This document shows positions 1 through 7,300 of a stretch of DNA of 18,332 nt, one piece after another. This stretch comes from Acidobacteriota bacterium (GTDB taxonomy: Bacteria > Acidobacteriota > UBA4820 > DSQY01), in NCBI GenBank assembly GCA_049967655.1, contig JBMFSH010000043.1, positions 1 through 18,332 of the forward strand. The letters are read 5' to 3'. Position numbers and translations under genes: made by a program. Positions within the stretch are counted from its first letter, which is position 1. Each line of letters starts with the position of its first letter. Under the pieces are notes generated by a model, which saw only the letters and a list, made by a program, of their open reading frames with translations, was not told the DNA's origin and made no database searches.

Positions 1-42
1 GGCGCCAAGGGAGAGGTGGGGCCCCATCGGGCTTTGCCCGTG

Positions 43-71
43 GGGCGGGGAGGGAATGGCCCTCCCCGTCC
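43..71. other. GC-rich inverted repeat / stem-loop about 120 bp downstream of the operon's last gene
   Basis: Arms gggcggggaggg (43-54) and ccctccccgtcc (60-71), one mismatch, loop aatgg. No U-tract on either strand, so not a canonical intrinsic terminator. Confidence 0.35.
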
Positions 72-191
72 AGGAGATAACGCCTTTCTCCCGTGAACCC
101 GAGCCGTAGCCGGAGGCACTCCGTTTCCATCGCGGAATTTGGGGGGGAAACCGGGCGCGGAGGGGGCGGGAGGGTCCTGAAGGGTGATCCG

Positions 192-1586
192 CTACCAGGT
201 GGTGCCCTCCCTCCTGGGCTTGAGCGACCAGAGGTACTCCACGATGTTGTGGAGGTCCTCCTCGTTCACCGTCCCCTTCCACGAGGGCATAGTGAGCGGC
301 GGAGCCGGCTTCGAGGGATCGGCCAGCGGGGGCGTCTTGCCGTCGCGGATGATGGCCATCACATCGGACTTCTTGTAGTCGTCCGCCACGTGGACGAGCG
401 AGGGCACCTGGCCGCCCTGGCTGTTGGGGTTGGCCACGCCGCCCGCGGCCCCCTGCCCGTGGCACCCCACGCAGCCGTAGTGCACGAAGGCCCTGGAGCC
501 GGCTTCCACGGCCGCCTCCTCCGGCGTGACGGGCTTGGCCCCGCCGGCGAGCAGCGCCTCGGCGTCCTTGTCGGTGGCCACCGCCATGAAGCGGATGAGG
601 GCCGTGCGCTCGTTGGCGGTGAGGTCGTAGGCGGGCATGGTGGAGCCGGGCGACACGAGCGCGGGGTTCACGAAGTGCTCGTCCAGCCAGCGAGCCGAGT
701 GGCGCCGGGTGACGCCCTCGAGGTCGGGGCCGGACTTCCCGCCGACCCCGCCGATGCTGTGGCACGCGATGCAGTTCTTCCGGGCGAAAAGTTCGCGGCC
801 GTCCGTGATGCTGGGGATCACGCTCTCGCTGGTGTAGGCGTTGGACATCTCTTCACCGGTGAGAGAGAGCATGAAGTAGGTCAGGTCCTTGGCCTGGCTG
901 GAGGTGAAGTGGAAGTTGGGCATAACCGAATTAGGCGAGACGGCCCTCGGGTCGAGGAAGTGCTTCTCGAGCCAGGCCGGGTCGCGGCGCGTGGCCCCTT
1001 CCCGGCTCAGGTCCGGTCCGATCGTTCCCCCCACGCCGCGGAGCCTATGGCACCCCCGGCAGCCGTGGGTGTCGAAGAGCCGCCTGCCCGCCGCCAGCTC
1101 CGGAACGCCCGGCACGTCGCCCTTCGTGTGGCACTGCCCGCAGGAGGCACGGACGTATTCGCGCGGCAGGAGGGGCTGGTGCCAGTTGGCCACCCGGCCG
1201 TGGGCGGCCGCCACGTCCGTGGCCAGGCCCTGGCCGCCGTGGCAGATGGTGCATCCGAAGCGGGAGGGCGGGTGCCTGCTGATGCCGGGATGGTAGGAGA
1301 AGGGCTCCGGCGCCCCCTTCATGGCCGGGTTCTCCACGCCCTGGTGGCAGGTTGTACAGCGGTCCACCCGCTGGAGGCCCGGAAGGATGATCTGGGCGAT
1401 GGCCACGGGGGCCTCCTCCACGGCGGCCTTGGCGGCGGCGTTGGGCTCGGATTGGGCCTCCAGGCGGTGGTAGCGCCGCTGGTAGGCGGCCCAGTCGGGC
1501 CTGGCCGCGCGCGCCAGGGCCAGGCCCAGGAGGACCATGTTGGCGAGGCTGAGGAGGAAGACGACGAACCGCGCCCGGTCCCTCAT
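192..1586 (-). CDS. Membrane-anchored hexaheme cytochrome c, cytochrome c subunit of the Rieske/cytochrome b complex (464 aa)
   Basis: True start ATG at 1586 ([14 protein letters not shown]...), an ATGA overlap with the cyt b stop. The longer 762-aa ORF is an upstream shadow extension. N-terminal hydrophobic helix and six CxxCH motifs (CTTCH, CTICH, CGQCH, CRGCH, CIACH, CVGCH). The last three sit in class-I-like domains with MP axial Met motifs. Confidence 0.9.
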   Translation of the reverse strand: MRDRARFVVFLLSLANMVLLGLALARAARPDWAAYQRRYHRLEAQSEPNAAAKAAVEEAPVAIAQIILPGLQRVDRCTTCHQGVENPAMKGAPEPFSYHPGISRHPPSRFGCTICHGGQGLATDVAAAHGRVANWHQPLLPREYVRASCGQCHTKGDVPGVPELAAGRRLFDTHGCRGCHRLRGVGGTIGPDLSREGATRRDPAWLEKHFLDPRAVSPNSVMPNFHFTSSQAKDLTYFMLSLTGEEMSNAYTSESVIPSITDGRELFARKNCIACHSIGGVGGKSGPDLEGVTRRHSARWLDEHFVNPALVSPGSTMPAYDLTANERTALIRFMAVATDKDAEALLAGGAKPVTPEEAAVEAGSRAFVHYGCVGCHGQGAAGGVANPNSQGGQVPSLVHVADDYKKSDVMAIIRDGKTPPLADPSKPAPPLTMPSWKGTVNEEDLHNIVEYLWSLKPRREGTTW

Positions 1587-2827
1587 GCGCCCCCCCCGGC
1601 GCCTTTGGCCCACGGCCAAACCCAGGCCCACCCCGCTCCCCGGCAGTACAGGCCGATGAGGAGCAGGACGAGATAGGAAAGCACCACGAGCGCGAAGAGC
1701 GAGAGGGCCAGAACCCTCTCCCTCGGCCTCCTGCTGGGGTTCCTGTCGTAGTAAGGAAGGAAGAGCAGCGCGAGAACCAAGAGGCTCGGCAACAGGATCC
1801 CCGAGAGGGCGGGCGAGTGGCTCACCAGCTCCTGGACGCCCAGGAAGTACCAGGGGGCTTTGGCGGGGTTGGGGGTCTTGGAGGGATCGGCCGTCTCCGA
1901 GAGCGGGGCATTGTAGAGCAGGGCCAGGGCCATGACCGCCGCCGAGGTCGCCAGGAAGGCGGCGCCCTCGCGAAGGAAGGCGTAGGGGTAGGAGAAGACG
2001 ACCTCCTCCTCCTCGGGGACCAGCACCTCGAAGGTCGGTTTGCCGGTCACGATTCCCATGAGCCCGTAGCTCTTCTCCGGGGATGACGGGATCGAGGTTT
2101 CCAGCGGCGGCGAGGAGGGCTCCTTCGGCCCGGACGGGGAGGGGGCCAGCCCTCCGTCCTTCCGGATCCGCCAGAGGTGGACCATGACCAGGGCCGCCGC
2201 GAGACCCGGCAGGACCGCCACGTGCAGGACGTAGAACCTCAGGAGGGCCTGGGTGCCCAGGGAATGGCCGCCCAGCAGGAGAACCTTGAGGACGGGACCC
2301 ACCAGAGGGGCCGAGGCCACGATGTTGGTTCCCACGGTGATCGCCCAAAAGGCCTTCTGGTCCCAGGGCAGGAGGTACCCCGTGAAGGAGAGGGTGAGGA
2401 CGAGGAAGAGGAGCAGGACCCCCACCACCCAGTTGAACTGCCTCGGCTCCTTGTAGGCCCCCGCGAAGAACACGCGGCACAGGTGGAGGAACACCGCCAC
2501 CACCAGGAGCTGGGCGGCCCAGCGGTGCATGTTCCTCAGGAAGGGGCCCAGGAACACCACGAATTGGAGGTCCTTCATGTCCTGGTAGGCCCTCGGGGGG
2601 TAGGGGTGGTAGTAGAACATCAGGGCCAGCCCCGTTGCGCCCAGGATGAGCAGGAGGAAGAAGGAGACGAAGCCGAGGTAGCCCGTGTGGCGGAGCCTCA
2701 GGTGCTCCTTGCGGACCTTGGCGGGGTGGATGTGGAGCCAGAGGTTGTAGAAGACGAGCTCGCTCCGCCCCTTCTGGGTGCTCGGCGGGTCTCCCCTGAA
2801 GATGCTGCGGAGGATGGATTTCAGCAT
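1583..2827 (-). CDS. petB: Cytochrome b, fused b6-type N-terminus plus subunit IV (414 aa)
   Basis: Start ATG at 2827 ([10 protein letters not shown]), just after the Rieske stop. Heme b ligands in [17 protein letters not shown] and [19 protein letters not shown]. Also [24 protein letters not shown] and the Qo-site variant [11 protein letters not shown]. Confidence 0.93.
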   Translation of the reverse strand: MLKSILRSIFRGDPPSTQKGRSELVFYNLWLHIHPAKVRKEHLRLRHTGYLGFVSFFLLLILGATGLALMFYYHPYPPRAYQDMKDLQFVVFLGPFLRNMHRWAAQLLVVAVFLHLCRVFFAGAYKEPRQFNWVVGVLLLFLVLTLSFTGYLLPWDQKAFWAITVGTNIVASAPLVGPVLKVLLLGGHSLGTQALLRFYVLHVAVLPGLAAALVMVHLWRIRKDGGLAPSPSGPKEPSSPPLETSIPSSPEKSYGLMGIVTGKPTFEVLVPEEEEVVFSYPYAFLREGAAFLATSAAVMALALLYNAPLSETADPSKTPNPAKAPWYFLGVQELVSHSPALSGILLPSLLVLALLFLPYYDRNPSRRPRERVLALSLFALVVLSYLVLLLIGLYCRGAGWAWVWPWAKGAGGGA

Positions 2828-2829
2828 GG

Positions 2830-3291
2830 TCAGGACGGCACCAGCAGGTGGTAGGAGTCGGAGACGGGGCGGTTCTTGTCGACCTGGAGCTGGCCGTCCT
2901 TCGAGAGGGTGACCTCGAGCCACCTCAGGGGCCGGGGGGCCGGGCCGTGCAGCACGGCCCCGTCGGCGGCGAAGACGCTGCCGTGGCACGGGCAGTCGAA
3001 CTGCCGGTCGCGCTCGGACCACTGGACGGTACATCCCAGGTGGGTGCAGACGGCGCTCGCGGCCGAGAAGCCCTTCGCCGGGTCGTGGAAGAGGTAGACC
3101 TTCTCGGCGGGGAGAAAGACCGGCTGTCCCGGCGGAAAGTCGGCGGGATAGCCGACCTTGAACCGCCGCGCCGGCCCGTAGAACACGCCGGGGAGGAGGA
3201 AGCGGAAGAACCCGACCACTCCCATGCCGGCGGTGACGAGCAGGGCCACGGCGCTGGCGGTGGAGAGCGAGAGGAAGCTCCTTCGGTTCAT
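2830..3291 (-). CDS. petC: Rieske [2Fe-2S] protein of a Rieske/cytochrome b complex (153 aa)
   Basis: Tat motif NRRSFL followed by a TM helix, box I CTHLGC, box II CPCHGS, SD-like GGGAGGG upstream. Confidence 0.95.
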   Translation of the reverse strand: MNRRSFLSLSTASAVALLVTAGMGVVGFFRFLLPGVFYGPARRFKVGYPADFPPGQPVFLPAEKVYLFHDPAKGFSAASAVCTHLGCTVQWSERDRQFDCPCHGSVFAADGAVLHGPAPRPLRWLEVTLSKDGQLQVDKNRPVSDSYHLLVPS

Positions 3292-3325
3292 GCCGTCCCT
3301 CCCAGGCGCGGGACCGTGCCGGCCC

Positions 3326-5185
3326 CTACCGCGCCGTCTCGCGGCGCCGCTCCTCCAGGGCCTCCATGGTGATGGCCCCCGTGGGGCAGCGCTGGGCGCA
3401 GAGGGCGCACCGGGTGCAGCGCGTCTCGTCCTTCAGAATCGCCGTCGCGGCCCCGGGCCGGAGGCTCCCCGGCTTCACGCCGAAGCGCGCCCGGACGAGC
3501 GCGTCCAGGTCGCGGTCCCCCGCGAGATGCGACAGGTCCGCCAGCTTCAGGCAGGATTCCGGGCAGATGTCCACGCAGCCATTGCACAGGATGCACTTGG
3601 AGGAATCGAAGATGGTGTTCACCTGGCAGTTGAGGCACCGGGAGGCCTCCGCGCGGCCCGCGGCGTCGTCGTAGCCCAGCTCCACCTCGGCGATCCCGAC
3701 GCGGCGGTTGGTGGGCAGCGACGGCATGGGCTGGCGGGGGGTCCGCAGGCAGGCGGCCGGGAGGCTCCAGCCGGGGAGGACGCGGAACCGGCCGGTGCCC
3801 GTCTCGGAGGAGTCTCCGCCCAGGTAGCGGTGAATGGATCGGGCCGCCCTGTGGCCGTCGGCCACGGCGTCCACCAGCAGGCGTGGTCCGAAGGCCACGT
3901 CGCCTCCCGCAAAGACGCCGTGGGCCGTAGTTCCCAGCTCCGATCCCACGGAGACGTAGCCATGGCGGGAAACGCCCACCCCCTCCTGGCCCGTCAGGAA
4001 GCTCAGGTCCGCCTGCTGGCCGATGGCGAGGACCACGCTCTCGCAAGCCAGATGCCGCTCCTCCTGGCCGAAGGCGGGAGCGAACCGCCCCTCCTCGTCG
4101 TAGACCGAGAGGCAACGGCGGATCCGCAGGCCGGAAGCCCTGCCGCCCTCGCCCAGGATCTCCATGGCGCCCCAGCCGCTCTCCACCAGGACCCCTTCGG
4201 CCTCCGCCTCGCGCACCTGCCACTCGTAGGCGGACATCTTCTCCCGCGGTTCGAGGCTGAGCAGGTGCACGGAGCGGGCCCCCGTCCTGAGCGCCATGCG
4301 GGCCGCCTCGATGGCGGAGAAGTAGGCCGAACCGGTCGGCTCCGGGGGGCGGCTCTCCTCGACCTCCTCGCCCACCAGCGGCTCCTGCAGAAGCCTGAGG
4401 GCGGAGCGCGCCACGTCCACCGCCACGTTGCCCGAGCCCAGCACCACCACGCGGGGACCGAGCTCCACCTGGTAGCCGAGGTTGGCGTTGATGAGGAGGT
4501 CGATGCCCTGGAGGACGCCGTCGAGGTGGGCGCCCGGCATCTCGATCTCCCTCCCCCGGCTCAGCCCCGTCGCCAGCATCACCGCGTCGAAGCGGGAGCG
4601 CAGGGAGGACCAGGGGAGGTCCCGCCCGAGGGTCGTACGCAGGTGGAGGCGGATGCCGAGGGCGAGGATCTGCTGGACCTCCATGTCAATGACCTCCCGG
4701 GGGAGGCGGTAGTGCGGTACGCCCAGGTAGAGCATGCCGCCCGGGACGGGGGCCGACTCGAAGACCTCCACGTGGTAGCCCCAGAGGGCCAGGTCGTGGG
4801 CGCAGGTGAGGCCGCACGGCCCGGCGCCCACCACGGCCACCCGCTTGTCCGGCTTGGGGGCCGGCGGCGAGCGGTGGCGCGCGGGGTCGTGGCCGAGGCC
4901 CAGGTTGTGGTGATCCGTGGCGAAGCGCTTCAGGGCGCAGATGGCCACGGGGGCGTCTATGGCGCCCCGGCGGCAGGCCTGCTCGCAGGGGTGGGCGCAG
5001 ATGCGCCCCAGGACGTAGGCGAAGGGGTTGCCGAGGCGGGCGAGCTCGTAGGCCCTCTCGTCCTCCGAGGCGGCGATGGCCTGGACGTAGGCGTGGCACT
5101 CGCTGAGGATGGGGCAGGCCGCGCGGCAGGAGATCTGTTCCCGGTAGTAGGCTTCGTCCGGAACGACCACGCGAAAGGCCACCAT
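3326..5185 (-). CDS. FAD/NAD(P)H-dependent iron-sulfur oxidoreductase (GltD/NfnB/DsrL-like) with C-terminal 2x[4Fe-4S] ferredoxin domain
   Basis: N-terminal CRAACP and RICAHPCEQAC, FAD site VAVVGAGPCG, ATG motif, NAD(P) site VLGSGNVAVD, AGGD, EASRCLNC, then CILCNGCVDICP and CTRCALCAQRCP. No signal peptide. ATG 5185 has AAGGTG upstream; GTG 5194 is an alternative start. Confidence 0.9.
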   Translation of the reverse strand: MVAFRVVVPDEAYYREQISCRAACPILSECHAYVQAIAASEDERAYELARLGNPFAYVLGRICAHPCEQACRRGAIDAPVAICALKRFATDHHNLGLGHDPARHRSPPAPKPDKRVAVVGAGPCGLTCAHDLALWGYHVEVFESAPVPGGMLYLGVPHYRLPREVIDMEVQQILALGIRLHLRTTLGRDLPWSSLRSRFDAVMLATGLSRGREIEMPGAHLDGVLQGIDLLINANLGYQVELGPRVVVLGSGNVAVDVARSALRLLQEPLVGEEVEESRPPEPTGSAYFSAIEAARMALRTGARSVHLLSLEPREKMSAYEWQVREAEAEGVLVESGWGAMEILGEGGRASGLRIRRCLSVYDEEGRFAPAFGQEERHLACESVVLAIGQQADLSFLTGQEGVGVSRHGYVSVGSELGTTAHGVFAGGDVAFGPRLLVDAVADGHRAARSIHRYLGGDSSETGTGRFRVLPGWSLPAACLRTPRQPMPSLPTNRRVGIAEVELGYDDAAGRAEASRCLNCQVNTIFDSSKCILCNGCVDICPESCLKLADLSHLAGDRDLDALVRARFGVKPGSLRPGAATAILKDETRCTRCALCAQRCPTGAITMEALEERRRETAR

Positions 5186-5237
5186 GGGCTTCACCTTAGC
5201 CCCAGCGGGGCAAAAAGGGAATAGCGGCGCTCCGGCG

Positions 5238-6608
5238 CTAGGCGACCGAGGCGGCCGCCGGAACCGGCCCAGCGGTTTCGCCCCCCTCGCCCTCGGGAAG
5301 GTAGCTCTCCAGCCGCTCGGCGGTCTCCTGCACCCCCTCCCTGCCCTCCTCGATCTCCCAGATGGAGATGATGGGGAAGAGCTTGGTAAATCCCATGTAG
5401 ACCAGGATGAAGAGGGCGAAGCAGCCGGCCATCAGGGAGACCTCCACCCAGCTCGGTGTGTAGTGGACGTTGTAGCGGGGGATGCGCGGGTTGGACAGGG
5501 TGGGGATCACGATGGTGAAGCGTTCGAGCCACATGCCCACGTTGATCAGGAGCGAGGCGATGACCGTACCGGTAATGGTCCTGAACCGCTTCACCCCCAG
5601 GATGACGAGCGGGACGGGCAGGCAGCAGATGACCATGGCCCAGAAGTAGGGCGCGAAGGGGCCGGTGAGCTTGGACATCATGACCCTGATCTCGTCGGGG
5701 CTGTTGCCGTAGTAGGTCGTAATGTACTCGGCGAAGGTGAAGTAGGTCCAGAGAAGCGTCATCACCAGGAGGAGACGGCCCAGGTAGTCGAAGTGCAGGG
5801 GCTTGAGGAAGGCCTCCAGGTGGCAGCCCTTCCGGATGATGGCCATGGCCACGATGATGGCCGCGATCCCCGAGTAGATCGCCCCCACCACGAAGTAGGG
5901 CCCGAAGATGCTCGAGTGCCACATGGGTTGGATGGTCATGGCGAAGACCCATGACACCACCGTGTGTACCGAGACGGCGATGGGTACCATGATGACGGCC
6001 ATGATGGCGATGGCGCGGTTCAGGAGCTTCTTCTGCCTCTCGGTCCCCGTCCAGCCCAGGGAGAGCGGCCCGTAGAGCCAGCGCCGGTGGGGAAGCTTGT
6101 CCCGAAGGATGGCCGAGTCCGGAATGGTCGGGAGGTAGAGGTAGAGCACGGAGCCCGTCAGGTAGGTGGTGATGGAGAGGACGTCCCAGAGCAGGGGCGA
6201 GGTGAGGTGCGGCTTGAAGATCACGTTGAAGAGCCGGTCCTCGCGGCCCAGGTCAATGATGACGTTGGAGGCGCCGATGGCGATGACGGCCACCGTGATG
6301 ATCTCGGCGGCTCGTGTGATGGGTCGTCGCCACTCGGCCTTCGTCAGGCGGAGGATGGCCGAGATGAGCGTGCCGGCGTGGCTGACGCCGATGAAGAAGA
6401 CGAAGTTGGTGATGTAGAAGCCCCAGTAGACGGGCCTTCCCATACCCGTCACGCCCAGGCCGCGCTGGAGCTGGTAGTACCAGGCGTAGAGGGCCCAGAG
6501 CACGATGGCCCCCAATCCCGCCGCCGTGAACCAGAAGAGGCGGGAGGTGTCCACGACGGGGGGGATGAGCGCCTTCTCTTCGTAGGTCCAGTCCTCGCGG
6601 CGGTTCAC
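5238..6608 (-). CDS. nrfD: NrfD/PsrC-family quinone-interacting membrane subunit (ActC/QrcD-like, 456 aa)
   Basis: GTG start at 6608 overlaps the upstream TGA (GTGA) with SD GGAGGT. Motifs WGFYITNFVFFIGVSHAGTLISAIL, WRRPITRAAE, DLGR, SPLLWD, WHSSIFGPYF, GMWLERF. About 10 hydrophobic segments. Confidence 0.92.
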   Translation of the reverse strand: MNRREDWTYEEKALIPPVVDTSRLFWFTAAGLGAIVLWALYAWYYQLQRGLGVTGMGRPVYWGFYITNFVFFIGVSHAGTLISAILRLTKAEWRRPITRAAEIITVAVIAIGASNVIIDLGREDRLFNVIFKPHLTSPLLWDVLSITTYLTGSVLYLYLPTIPDSAILRDKLPHRRWLYGPLSLGWTGTERQKKLLNRAIAIMAVIMVPIAVSVHTVVSWVFAMTIQPMWHSSIFGPYFVVGAIYSGIAAIIVAMAIIRKGCHLEAFLKPLHFDYLGRLLLVMTLLWTYFTFAEYITTYYGNSPDEIRVMMSKLTGPFAPYFWAMVICCLPVPLVILGVKRFRTITGTVIASLLINVGMWLERFTIVIPTLSNPRIPRYNVHYTPSWVEVSLMAGCFALFILVYMGFTKLFPIISIWEIEEGREGVQETAERLESYLPEGEGGETAGPVPAAASVA

Positions 6609-7291
6609 TTGCCCACCTCCCTCAGAAAGTAGACCTTGGGCCGGGTGCCCAGCTCGGCCAGGAGACGGAAGGCCCTCTCGTGCCGCGAGAGGCGGTGCAC
6701 TTCCGATTTCTCGTCGTCCAGATCGCCGAAGGAGATGGCGTTGGGCGGGCAGATCTCCGCGCAGGCGGGCTGGTAGTCCTCCTCGCGCATGGGGCGCCGC
6801 TCCCACGCCGCCCGCTCCCTGGCGGCCTGCAACCGCTGGTGGCAGAAGGTGCACTTCTCGACCACGCCCTTGGGACGCACGGAGACGTCGGGGTTGAGGC
6901 CCTCGGCCATGGGCTGCGGCCACTCCGGCTTGCGCCAGTTGAAGAGCTTCACGCCGTAGGGGCAGGCGTTGGTGCAGTAGCGGCAGCCGATGCAGCGCGG
7001 GTAGATCTGGGCCACGATCCCGTCGGGGTTCTGGTAGGTGGCGTTCACCGGACAGACCTTGGTGCAGGGCGGGTCGTCGCACATGAGGCAGGGCCTCGGC
7101 TTCAGGGAGGCGCGCAGGGAGGGGAAGCTCCCCTCGATTTCGGCCAGCAGCTCGATCCAGAGCATGGTGCGCCCCTTGGCCGCGGCCTCGGGGTCGGTGA
7201 AGGGCACGTTGTTCTCCACCTTGCAGGCCACCACGCAGGCCTGGCAGGCCGTGCAGCGGTCCAGATCGATGACCATTCCGTACCGGGGCAT
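6605..7291 (-). CDS. Four-cluster iron-sulfur electron-transfer subunit (PsrB/NrfC/QrcC/ActB2-like, 228 aa)
   Basis: YGMVIDLDRCTACQACVVAC, CLMCDDPPCTKVCP, CIGCRYCTNACPY, KCTFC...PACAEICP, GTRPKVYF. SD AGGAGG upstream. Confidence 0.93.
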   Translation of the reverse strand: MPRYGMVIDLDRCTACQACVVACKVENNVPFTDPEAAAKGRTMLWIELLAEIEGSFPSLRASLKPRPCLMCDDPPCTKVCPVNATYQNPDGIVAQIYPRCIGCRYCTNACPYGVKLFNWRKPEWPQPMAEGLNPDVSVRPKGVVEKCTFCHQRLQAARERAAWERRPMREEDYQPACAEICPPNAISFGDLDDEKSEVHRLSRHERAFRLLAELGTRPKVYFLREVGK

Positions 7292-7300
7292 GAAGTCCTC

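Noticed and set aside
140..175. G-run cluster with G-quadruplex potential downstream of the operon
   Set aside because: Unremarkable in a very GC-rich genome and no independent support.
1587..2480. N-terminal 298 aa of the 762-aa ORF, suggesting a larger fusion or frameshift
   Set aside because: Alternative-frame read-through over the cyt b gene. An ATGA-coupled start at 1586 explains the real protein. The same applies to the upstream extensions of the cyt b, NrfD and cyc2 ORFs.
3326..5185. Calling the flavoprotein gltD or dsrL
   Set aside because: No gltB or dsr genes are nearby. Only the fold family is supported, and the context points to the Rieske/cyt b complex.
5195..5237. T-run (CCCTTTTTG on the minus strand) between the NrfD gene and the flavoprotein as an internal terminator
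   Set aside because: The preceding stem is short, imperfect and separated from the T-run; not convincing.
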